A stretch of DNA of 62,169 nt from a candidate division WOR-3 bacterium. Its GTDB lineage: Bacteria; Hydrothermota; Tepidihabitantia; Tepidihabitantales; Tepidihabitantaceae. Both the position numbers and the translations under genes were made by a program. The stretch's first letter is position 1; each line of letters begins with the position of its first letter. Under the pieces are notes generated by a model, which searched no databases, was not told the origin of the DNA, and was given only the letters and a program-made list of their open reading frames with translations. Location: positions 1 through 62,169 of the forward strand of contig CBFGJX010000016.1 of NCBI GenBank assembly GCA_965649225.1. The letters run 5' to 3'. Below, piece by piece: positions 1 through 8,081 of this stretch.

Positions 1-1021
1 ACACCAGCGGCGTATGCCGGTAGGACATTGCCCGGGCATTGCCGGTCGGTGCCTCTTTCATCCGGGCCGCAGTCTCCCGGTCATGCAGCCGGCCGGCCAC
101 CACCCCGTTTCGCACCAGTTCGGTGCGCTGACCCGGCACGCCCTCATCGTCGAACCCGTACGACCCGCGCTCGCCAGGGAGGGTTGCATCGTCGACTATT
201 GTCAGGTTCTCAACGCCGATGCGCCGTCCCGGCTTGAGCAAGGCCTGCAGCCGCTCATTCTCGACCAGCTCATCGGCCTCGCTCAGATGGCCGAATGCCT
301 CGTGGACAAACACCCCCGCCAGCAGCGGGTCGACAACCACGGTGTATCTGCCGGCCGCAACCGGCTCTGCCTTCAGCAACTCAACCGCCATTTTGCCGAT
401 TCTTTCCACCAGCGCTTCGCGGTTGCGCAGCGTTTCAAAACCCTCGGCGCGGCCAAAAGTATCCGAGTAGGTCTGGATATTGTTGCCGTCCCGGGCAACC
501 GCCGTGCAGCGAAAACCGGTATAGACCCGCTCCTCGCTGACGTAGCGACCCTCGGAGGAAAGAAAGGCACTAGCCAGCCACTTGTCGCCGTATACCGACA
601 CCGTGCTTGTTACCCCCGGCGTTTTGAGCAACAGCTCGTTGTAATGATGCAGCAGCGCCTGTTTTTCCCCCAGCGTCACCCGGCGCGGGTCAGAACGCGG
701 GTCAATGGTTACCTTCTGTTCCGCGGCCGGCTGGGCCGCAAGCCCGCCCTCACGGTCACCCAGCGCCGTCACCTGCGCCGCCAGCTCGCGCCCGAGCTCG
801 GCCACTTCGTCGTCGAGCCGGTTGAAAGTTGCCGCCGCCCAGTTGCCCCGGTGAAACACCCGCAGACATCCGCCGCGCTCCAGCGAACGACCGATTACAT
901 CCAGCTCGCGTCCGCGATAAACGATTCGGCTCGTCTCGCTTTCTTCGATCCGGATATCGGCGTAATCGGTGGCGATACCGCCGAGAACAGATTCAAGGAA
1001 GGGTTTGTAATTGGTACTCAT
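1..1021 (-). CDS. tldD: TldD/PmbA family metalloprotease (3' end runs off the window)
   Basis: Translated by hand, not in the ORF track: MSTNYKPFLESVLGGIATDYADIRIEES...AGVFVHEAFGHLSEAD...FDDEGVP...PTGNAR. HExxGHxxExD is the TldD motif. GGAG RBS and a TTGACA-17-TAGGCT promoter lie upstream. Confidence 0.9.
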   Translation of the reverse strand, partial: MSTNYKPFLESVLGGIATDYADIRIEESETSRIVYRGRELDVIGRSLERGGCLRVFHRGNWAAATFNRLDDEVAELGRELAAQVTALGDREGGLAAQPAAEQKVTIDPRSDPRRVTLGEKQALLHHYNELLLKTPGVTSTVSVYGDKWLASAFLSSEGRYVSEERVYTGFRCTAVARDGNNIQTYSDTFGRAEGFETLRNREALVERIGKMAVELLKAEPVAAGRYTVVVDPLLAGVFVHEAFGHLSEADELVENERLQALLKPGRRIGVENLTIVDDATLPGERGSYGFDDEGVPGQRTELVRNGVVAGRLHDRETAARMKEAPTGNARAMSYRHTPLV

Positions 1022-1145
1022 ATCCGCTCCACTCTGCTGCCAGCCTATCCCCCGAAACTGGCCCTGTCAACTGTGCTGTTGGCCTGACAACACGCCCGCA
1101 GTGTTTCCCCGTCGTACCCAGCAGCCAGTTGTCGTACTCGTACGG

Positions 1146-1190
1146 AAAAAGAGGCGCGGTGCACCGGGTTAGTGGTGCACCGCGTTTCTC
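1146..1190 (-). terminator. Intrinsic terminator
   Basis: Minus strand: 11-bp stem CGCGGTGCACC/GGTGCACCGCG, 8-nt loop, then CCTCTTTTT. Confidence 0.8.
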
Positions 1191-1318
1191 GTCGGTCCCC
1201 GTCGAGAGTGTTGACTGGTGAGGGGGGACTCAGGAGCGCGACATCCTTCCCTTTGAGAGACCTCAGCTTGGCATGGCTCGGTCCGACTCTCTAACCCCCA
1301 TGCTATTCCAGCATGCGT
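1146..1318 (-). ncRNA. Putative sigma54-dependent small RNA (~170 nt)
   Basis: Bounded by a consensus -24/-12 promoter and an intrinsic terminator. No credible ORF; several internal hairpins. Confidence 0.6.
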
Positions 1319-1329
1319 CCATCTATATA

Positions 1330-1345
1330 GCAAGCATCGTGCCAA
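1330..1345 (-). promoter_or_regulatory. Sigma54 (RpoN) -24/-12 promoter
   Basis: Minus strand TTGGCACGATGCTTGC matches TGGCAC-N5-TTGC exactly; a sigma54 activator gene is adjacent. Confidence 0.85.
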
Positions 1346-1436
1346 CAGCTGTGCCGCATGCTGCACAGCTATCATATTGATATAAATCGTCTTGTCAATA
1401 CGGCCAAAGTGGGGGTGCGACAACACTGCGATAATT

Positions 1437-1474
1437 TGCCGTATTTTTCGGCGGGGGAACTGCAAAATACGGCA
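1437..1474. promoter_or_regulatory. Candidate enhancer (UAS) inverted repeat for the sigma54 activator
   Basis: TGCCGTATTTT-N16-AAAATACGGCA, about 90-130 bp upstream of the sigma54 promoter. Confidence 0.5.
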
Positions 1475-1487
1475 GCTGGCCGGCAAG

Positions 1488-3110
1488 CTAGATGTTGTAG
1501 TCGGCGATTTTGCGTCTGAGGGTATCGCGGTGAATGCCGAGCAGTTCGCTGGCCTTGGTCAGATTGTTGTCACTTTTGGTCAGGGCCTCGACTATTGCCT
1601 GCCGCTCAATGTGGTCAAGCCTCAGGCTGCCTACCGCGCGCTCAATCGTGCCCGCATCCCCCTGCCTTCCGTTCTGCGCGTTCATGAACCTTATCATGCC
1701 GAGGGTGGAAATCACGTGTCCCAGCCCGAGTTCGCTGGAACCGTCATACTGGGCACGTTCATAGGCCCGTTCGATAAGATTGCGCAGCGTCCGGATGTTG
1801 TTCTGAAAGATGTTGTTCCCGCCTTCCAGATACTCGTCGACCAGTTGCCGGACAAACTTGACTGCCGACCGCTCGGTATTCAGCCGCCGCTGATGCCGGG
1901 GATTGCGATTCATCTGCTCGACCACGAATTCGAACATCTCTTCCAGATCAGATTCGACCACCGCGCTGGTTTCACCGCCCCAGCGTTCACGCAGCGAAGG
2001 CACGAGAATGCAGTGCTGCACCAGCCGGCCGTAGAAATCGGGCCGAAACCGGGTCTGCAGTTCCTCCACCATACGATTGGTGGCGGCAATGATCCGGATG
2101 TCAATTTCAATCTCCCGGGAAGCGCCCAGCCGTTTGACCCAGTGGTACTCCATTGCCCGCAACAGCTTGACCTGGGTCTCCTCGCTGATGTCGCCAATTT
2201 CGTCCAGAAAGACCGTCGAGCCCTTTGCCGTCTCAAATATCCCCGCCCGTTCGGCCACTGCGCCGGTAAACGCCCCCCGCTCATGACCGAACAGCTCGTC
2301 TTCCACCAGATTGTGGTCAATCGCGGCGATGTTGACTGTCAGCGGCCGCGCATTGGCGCCATCGTTGTAGCGGTAACTGCAGCGATGCAGGGCGCAGGCC
2401 ACCAGTTCCTTGCCCGAACCGGCCCCTCCGAGCAGCAGCGTTGTCGCGTCGGACCGGCCGATCCGTTCTATCTCGTGCGCCAGAAATGCCATCCGGCGCG
2501 ACCGGCCGACTACCATCCCGTGTCGATTACGCCACTCAATCCGCCGCTGCTGATCCAGCGGCCGCAGCGCCATCGAATCGATTTCCTCGATGATGCGGGG
2601 ATAGTAGCCTTCGCCAAAAGCGCTTTCGGGGACAAACGAACAGTTGCCATAGCCGGGATAGGCGATGAATTCGGAAAACTCACGGGTGCTCTCGACTCCT
2701 ACCCGGCACGAAACAAAAACCACCGGCACAATCCGGTCGACATTGTCGCTGCGGACATAAGCATGAATGAGAAAACCCTGCAGCGCCTTGGTGTCGAACG
2801 ACCGCGGCATCTGCCGCAGCATCGTCGGATAGCCGACCAGTCGGCTGTCGCTGTCAACATTACTGAAATCGACATCCTGGACAATCAGAGCCACAAACCG
2901 CCCGCGGTTGTTGCTGTACCACTCCTTCAGCTCGGCGTACGAACCGGCGTAGGCAAAATCAAACTCCCGCAGCAGACGGCCGTTGTCGTAGCTGGCGATT
3001 CTGGCGACGAGCGCATCGTAACTCTTGCGCAGGTCGTCTACCACCAGAATCACCGGCTTGGCTTCGCCGCCCGCTGGATTCGTGACTGCACTTTCGCCTG
3101 CCGGCATCAT
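1488..3110 (-). CDS. Sigma54-dependent enhancer-binding protein (divergent REC + AAA+ + Fis HTH)
   Basis: Walker A GGAGSGKE, ELFGHERGAFTGA, Walker B VFLDEIGD, IIAATNR; C-terminal NLTKASELLGIHRDTLRRK HTH; N-terminal VILVVDD...IVQDVD. Confidence 0.93.
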   Translation of the reverse strand: MMPAGESAVTNPAGGEAKPVILVVDDLRKSYDALVARIASYDNGRLLREFDFAYAGSYAELKEWYSNNRGRFVALIVQDVDFSNVDSDSRLVGYPTMLRQMPRSFDTKALQGFLIHAYVRSDNVDRIVPVVFVSCRVGVESTREFSEFIAYPGYGNCSFVPESAFGEGYYPRIIEEIDSMALRPLDQQRRIEWRNRHGMVVGRSRRMAFLAHEIERIGRSDATTLLLGGAGSGKELVACALHRCSYRYNDGANARPLTVNIAAIDHNLVEDELFGHERGAFTGAVAERAGIFETAKGSTVFLDEIGDISEETQVKLLRAMEYHWVKRLGASREIEIDIRIIAATNRMVEELQTRFRPDFYGRLVQHCILVPSLRERWGGETSAVVESDLEEMFEFVVEQMNRNPRHQRRLNTERSAVKFVRQLVDEYLEGGNNIFQNNIRTLRNLIERAYERAQYDGSSELGLGHVISTLGMIRFMNAQNGRQGDAGTIERAVGSLRLDHIERQAIVEALTKSDNNLTKASELLGIHRDTLRRKIADYNI

Positions 3111-3161
3111 CCTAATTCTTGACCGCCCTCACCCGTTTGTCAAATAACGGTCCGGTCTGAC

Positions 3162-5483
3162 TCACTGTCCCCCCTGTCCGCTCTCATTCAACCGCGCCAG
3201 CGTGTCTTCCAGCACCGCGACGAGGTCGGTAATCCGCAACCAGAGCTTTTCGCCCGGCTCGGCCGGCTCATAGTCCGACGGCGGTACGTCCAGCACTCCG
3301 GGCAGCAGTGTCGCCAGCTCGTCCAGCTCGCTGACCAGATGACCGGCCCGGTGACGAAAGTCCACCGTCCGGTCGCTGTCAGAGATGAACTGGATAAACG
3401 CCTTGCGGTTCCAGTGGGTATTGACAGTGTAGTCAATCACTATCTCGGCGAAACCTCGTGCGTAGCGGAAGTGGTCAACGACGACATGCTCCACTATCGC
3501 CTCCAGCCGGGGACTGGCCAGAAGCCGCATCCGGCGCAGGGCATCGGGAAACTCGCGGTTGCGCAGCAGCACAATCCTGAACCCCTCACGGTGAATCGCA
3601 TTCTGATAGGCATAACGGGATGTCTCGCCGACCGTCAGCGGCCGCGGGCCAACCGCCGACCGCGCCGCCCGCTCAATTGCCTCAACCAGCCGCAGCGTCG
3701 GCGTGTGGTTGATCAACCGGTCAATCAGGGCAACGTAGTGCGGCTGGTAGGCAACGGTCAACTGTTGCAGACCGGCGTCGTGCTCCAGGCCGTACCGGCT
3801 GCGCAGTTCCTGCAGCCGCTCAAACGCACCGGCAGTGTTGCCCTTGGACACGAAATTGTGGTCCATGCCGACCAGACCAACCGCCAGCCCGGCACGCACC
3901 GGCAGCGGTGCCTGCTCGACCAGGCGACGCTGACGTCGCTGGCGCAGCCGGGTCCAGCCGACAGCACCCAGCACAATCAATGCCGCACCCAACACTGCCA
4001 GCACCGCGCCGGCAAGAAATGTCAGCGTCTCACGTCGCCGCGCGCGCTGACGGGCGCGCAGCTCCAGCTCGGTCATCACCCCGGCCGGATCCAGCTCTGC
4101 CCGCAACAGCTGCGCCCGGCGCGCGGCTCTGGCTGCGGCATAAACATCGTTGCGGCGACCGGCGGCGGCCTTCAGCTCGGCCAGTGCTGCAGCCAGCTCT
4201 GCCTCCAGCGCGCCCATCCCGTTCAAAAACAGGTCCAGTCGCATCCCGGCATCGACCGACGTTCGCAGTACCGCCAGGTCGGGGAAAGTATCGTGGTTCA
4301 GCTTCAGTGGCCAGTATTTCAGTATCCGGCAACCGGAATAGCCCGGCGCCTCGGCCGGTCCCTGCAGCATCGGGGAAAAGACGTGCAGCGCATCGCTGTC
4401 GGTCAGCCGCAGCAATACCACCGGTCGCCGGCCCAGCAGTAACAACCCGGTCGCCATGCCCCGCTCGAGCGGTACCAGCCTCGCCGCTTCCCGCCGGCGG
4501 CCGGCGGCATCGACCCGGATAACAAACGACCCGGCACCATCCTGACCGACACAGTACAAGCCGTCTCGAAATCCCGCCACTGCCACCAGTCCGGCCTGCC
4601 CGGCCGACCCCGCTTCCAGTGCCCAGACCTGCTCCATTGTCCGGGCGTTCAGACAACGGACGGTATCAAAAAGCACCTGCCCTGACTCGCCGGCCTGACC
4701 GACCGGATTGGTCAACACCACCAGCTCGTTCTCGTCATCACCATTGGTGTCATAAAGCGCCAGTATCTGCTGTGGCGGCCGGCCCGGAACCGGACCGGTC
4801 GCAGTCCGCTCGCGCCAGTCGGCTCTCACCATCCGGATGCCATCCAGCCGCAGCGCAAACACCCCGGCCTCATCCGCCCCCAGCAGCCTTGCTTCGCTGG
4901 AGCGACCCGAGCTGTCAACCGTTGCCCAGCTTGGGGCGAAAACCGGTGGCATCCGGCGCGGCTTCGCTCCCGTTGTCGCGGCGGTGACTATCAGCGGCAG
5001 GCCGCGCGTCCACAGAATGAACCGGTGCACCCCGCCGGTCGAACCTGCCCACCAGACACTGTCCGGTTCAACTCCGGGCTGAAAGGATGTTGCCCGGCCC
5101 GGCCCGGAATAACCGCGCACCAGCAACCGGTCCCGCCCGAACAGAAACAGACTGTCGCCGCCGCCGCTCAACCACCGGATACCGGCCGGCGCCGGGCCCT
5201 GGTCCCGCAGGGTGTCGTTCAAACTGACGCTCGCCAGTCGGCCGTCAGCCCCAAGCAGCCAGAGCACCTCGGTCGAATCCGGCCCGACAACCAGTGCCGA
5301 CGAAACCACCGGCGACCGCACCGGCGCTGACCATGCCGGCTCCAGCAGCTCGGCCGGCGCCGGCACTGTCAACACCAGCAGCACTGCTGCTGTCAGCAGC
5401 AGCTTCGCAAAAGCAGCTTTGTGTCCGGAACGGCCGGCGTCACTGTACCGGCCGGGAAAGAAAGTCAACTCGCCAGACCCCAT
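3162..5483 (-). CDS. Membrane-anchored protein: signal peptide, extracellular beta-rich (FG-GAP-like) region, one TM helix, cytoplasmic domain
   Basis: Signal peptide LLLTAAVLLVLTVPAPA; DTNGDDENEL and LNHDTFPDL motifs; TM TLTFLAGAVLAVLGAALIVLGAVGW followed by an Arg-rich stop-transfer. Confidence 0.65.
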   Translation of the reverse strand: MGSGELTFFPGRYSDAGRSGHKAAFAKLLLTAAVLLVLTVPAPAELLEPAWSAPVRSPVVSSALVVGPDSTEVLWLLGADGRLASVSLNDTLRDQGPAPAGIRWLSGGGDSLFLFGRDRLLVRGYSGPGRATSFQPGVEPDSVWWAGSTGGVHRFILWTRGLPLIVTAATTGAKPRRMPPVFAPSWATVDSSGRSSEARLLGADEAGVFALRLDGIRMVRADWRERTATGPVPGRPPQQILALYDTNGDDENELVVLTNPVGQAGESGQVLFDTVRCLNARTMEQVWALEAGSAGQAGLVAVAGFRDGLYCVGQDGAGSFVIRVDAAGRRREAARLVPLERGMATGLLLLGRRPVVLLRLTDSDALHVFSPMLQGPAEAPGYSGCRILKYWPLKLNHDTFPDLAVLRTSVDAGMRLDLFLNGMGALEAELAAALAELKAAAGRRNDVYAAARAARRAQLLRAELDPAGVMTELELRARQRARRRETLTFLAGAVLAVLGAALIVLGAVGWTRLRQRRQRRLVEQAPLPVRAGLAVGLVGMDHNFVSKGNTAGAFERLQELRSRYGLEHDAGLQQLTVAYQPHYVALIDRLINHTPTLRLVEAIERAARSAVGPRPLTVGETSRYAYQNAIHREGFRIVLLRNREFPDALRRMRLLASPRLEAIVEHVVVDHFRYARGFAEIVIDYTVNTHWNRKAFIQFISDSDRTVDFRHRAGHLVSELDELATLLPGVLDVPPSDYEPAEPGEKLWLRITDLVAVLEDTLARLNESGQGGQ

Positions 5484-5525
5484 CTCGGCTTGCCCGCCCC
5501 AGTCTAAACACCGCCCCCGCTGCTG

Positions 5526-6152
5526 TCAATTGCCGAAGCCGCGCACGGTCCAGTAGCGGCTGGTGCGGCGACAATAGTCGTGATAGTGCTGGCCGTGCCG
5601 GCGGGCGAGAAACCGCTCTTCGGCGCGAATCTGACCATGCAGATTCAACACGGCAAACAGCCAGAAAAGGAGAAAAACCGGCCGGGACTGGAGCAGAAAC
5701 ACACCCAGAAAAAACAGGTTGAAGAAAAGGTAAATCGGATTGCGCGTCAGCCGGTAGATTCCGCCGGTCACCAGCTCGCCCGGCCGCTCCTCGTCCACTC
5801 CCAGCCGCCAGGAATCACCCAGTGCCGCCAGCCCGGCCGCGTCCAGTCCGAGCCCGACAATCACCAGCACCGCACCGACAAACCTCAGCAGCGGCACCGA
5901 AAAAAGCTCGGTCCGCAATGGTGGCGGGAAAAGGCTTGAGCGGCCGGGCAGTGCCCCGAGCACCACCTCCACCGACCAGACATTCACCGCGGCGAAAAAC
6001 GATGTTTCCAGCAGCCAGCGGCGCCAGTTGTGGTCCGGTTTCAACACCACCGGATTCAGTCGCCGGCGGCGCCGGATACTGATTGACCGGGTAACCGCCA
6101 GCAATAGAAACAGTGTCAGTGCGCCGAGGCGCAACCAGTCGTGCCAGAACAA
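5526..6152 (-). CDS. Isoprenylcysteine carboxylmethyltransferase/PEMT family membrane protein
   Basis: LVTGGIYRLTRNPIY and EERFL...YHDYCRRTSRY motifs. Confidence 0.85.
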   Translation of the reverse strand: MFWHDWLRLGALTLFLLLAVTRSISIRRRRRLNPVVLKPDHNWRRWLLETSFFAAVNVWSVEVVLGALPGRSSLFPPPLRTELFSVPLLRFVGAVLVIVGLGLDAAGLAALGDSWRLGVDEERPGELVTGGIYRLTRNPIYLFFNLFFLGVFLLQSRPVFLLFWLFAVLNLHGQIRAEERFLARRHGQHYHDYCRRTSRYWTVRGFGN

Positions 6153-6153
6153 A

Positions 6154-6390
6154 CTACTGACCTTCCACCAGCGATTCGGGCGCGGTCAGCTGTCGCCAGA
6201 GCAAAGCGAACTTCGGCCGGTTAAGGAGGACGACCGCCACGATTGCGGCAATCAGCAGCAGACTGAAAATCAACAGACAGGAACCGTAGCGGCGCGGTGC
6301 CCGCTCCGGCTGCGCCTTTGCCAGTGCGGCAAGAATCTGCCGTGCCTTCTCCTCATCGCTTCCCGGCAGCGGCTTCGGGGCGGTCTTCAT
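6154..6390 (-). CDS. Small membrane hypothetical protein
   Basis: MKTAPKP... with one TM helix; ATGA overlap with the upstream ORF and abuts the downstream gene. Confidence 0.55.
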   Translation of the reverse strand: MKTAPKPLPGSDEEKARQILAALAKAQPERAPRRYGSCLLIFSLLLIAAIVAVVLLNRPKFALLWRQLTAPESLVEGQ

Positions 6391-6593
6391 CGCGACACCG
6401 GCAACTGCTGCCAGAGCAGCTCGACCCCGTCGGGCAGCAGTACCAGCCCGAACAACCGGTACTCGGTCGGTTGTGCCAGCAGCGTGGCAAAATAGGCACT
6501 GCGCCGTTTGGCAAAGCGTGTCAACCGGGTTCGCCCTACCCGGCCCGATACCAATAGCAGCGCCAAAAGCAGACTGCCTTTCATTCTGGTCAT
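6387..6593 (-). CDS. Small hypothetical protein
   Basis: MTRMKGSLLLALLLVSG...; stop overlaps the next start (ATGA). Confidence 0.4.
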   Translation of the reverse strand: MTRMKGSLLLALLLVSGRVGRTRLTRFAKRRSAYFATLLAQPTEYRLFGLVLLPDGVELLWQQLPVSR

Positions 6594-6688
6594 TCTTGCC
6601 ACCGCCGTGCCGGCTGTCAAACATCGGCTTGACACCGCGCCCGGTGCCTGATTCACTACTCGCGACTGTTGCGAAAGGAGTCTGACTG

Positions 6689-7303
6689 ATGAAGAAAATT
6701 CTACTGGTACTGGCAATCTGTCTGCCGATTGCGGCTCAGGCCTGCTTCTGGCGGCGACCGGCGGCCCGCCCGCTCACCGACACGCTCGACCCCACCGCCC
6801 TGCCCAGAAACCTCTGGCTGGTGATTGAAGTCGCCGACTACGGCCCGATGGCCCTGCGGCTCTATACCGAGGACGCGCCCTACAACGTTGCCAATGTCGC
6901 CAATCTCGCGATCAGGAAATTCTACGACGGCCTGACATTTCACCGCATCATCCCCGGCTTCGTCGTCCAGGGCGGTGACCCGGAAGGCACCGGCTCGGGC
7001 GGCACCGGCAACCTCGTCCGCGCCGAAATCAAACGTAAACATATCCGCGGCGCCATCGCCATGGCCCGCACTGCCGACGCCGTCAACCCCGAACGCAAGG
7101 CCGACTGCCAGTTCTACATCTGCCTCGCCCCGCAGCCCCGGCTGGACGGCCAATACACTGTCATCGGCGAAATGGAATGGGGCTTTGACGTCCTTGACCG
7201 TATCGGCAACGTCCCCACCGGCCCGGGCGACCGGCCGATCAATCCGGTCAAAATGAAGCGCGTCTGGGTCACCACCACCAGACCGCCGAAACCGCGCGGC
7301 TGA
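6689..7303 (+). CDS. Cyclophilin-type peptidyl-prolyl isomerase, exported
   Basis: FYDGLTFHRIIPGFVVQGGDP, GAIAMAR, QFYI, LDGQYTVIG; signal peptide; AGGAG RBS. Confidence 0.93.
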   Translation: MKKILLVLAICLPIAAQACFWRRPAARPLTDTLDPTALPRNLWLVIEVADYGPMALRLYTEDAPYNVANVANLAIRKFYDGLTFHRIIPGFVVQGGDPEGTGSGGTGNLVRAEIKRKHIRGAIAMARTADAVNPERKADCQFYICLAPQPRLDGQYTVIGEMEWGFDVLDRIGNVPTGPGDRPINPVKMKRVWVTTTRPPKPRG

Positions 7304-7656
7304 CCCTGCAGCCGACGCCGGCATGCAAAAACTTTCGGGGCCGCTGGCTTCAGGCCGACCGGCACGGCCGTTCTGGTTCTGATGCCGGCCGCCGGCAAAA
7401 GCTTCCGCCGGCTGTCGAACGTCTGCTCTGCGATTGGGATTCAAACCGCGGGGATAGCGGTCCGGGCGCGGCCCGCCGAAAACCGGTCTGCGGCTTTTCG
7501 CTGTTGGCATCTGCCGGCAAGTCCCTGCCTGCCGGAGACCTGCGCTGTCGACCTCAGCTCCAGCCCGAACTCTGTCTCAGGCCATTTGTCGCCGTTGCGG
7601 CCGGTCGCGGCTCCAACACCGTTGCCGCCGGCCGACACCGGGCCGCCCGGTTGCGG

Positions 7657-8016
7657 CTAGACCACCTGCTCGTCTTCGGCCCGCCAGGGCGGGTCAACGA
7701 TGCAGGCGAACTCAATCGGATGCGCCCCGGGGTTTTCCAGCCACTGCACCGCACCGGCCGGAATATACACCGCGTCGCCCGGCGCGACTTCGGCCGACTC
7801 GCTGTCGATGTGCATCACGCCGGAACCGCGAATGACAAGGTAAACCTCGGCTGATTTGAGCCGGTGCGGCGCCGAGCGTTGGCCCGGGTCAAGCCACGCG
7901 ACCGCCAGCGAATAGCGAACCCGGGCCGGGTCACGTTCCGGATGCAGCAGCTCGCGCAGCCGGGTGCGGTCAGCCGCGATTATCTCGGCACAGTCCCGGA
8001 GTCGCTTGATGAGCAT
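7657..8016 (-). CDS. Cupin domain protein
   Basis: PHRLKSAEVYLVIRGSG...PGDAVYIPAG cupin motifs. Confidence 0.85.
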   Translation of the reverse strand: MLIKRLRDCAEIIAADRTRLRELLHPERDPARVRYSLAVAWLDPGQRSAPHRLKSAEVYLVIRGSGVMHIDSESAEVAPGDAVYIPAGAVQWLENPGAHPIEFACIVDPPWRAEDEQVV

Positions 8017-8081
8017 CGCGGTGCTGGTTGCGGCCCGCCGGATGAGCGACGCCGACGGCAGGTATGCAGCGTTCCCGGCAA

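Noticed and set aside
14..1087. 357-aa plus-strand ORF, and the many other long antisense ORFs (e.g. 1392-3122, 20268-21794, 23726-25402, 61154-62080)
   Set aside because: Shadow frames opposite motif-bearing genes, expected in GC-rich DNA; no recognisable motifs.
1263..1301. Short ORF MGVRESDRAMPS inside the sigma54 transcript
   Set aside because: 12 codons with no clear RBS; an RNA function is more parsimonious, though a peptide is not excluded.
7304..7656. 350-bp gap between convergent genes with small hairpins and short ORFs
   Set aside because: No coding signal or recognisable RNA motif.
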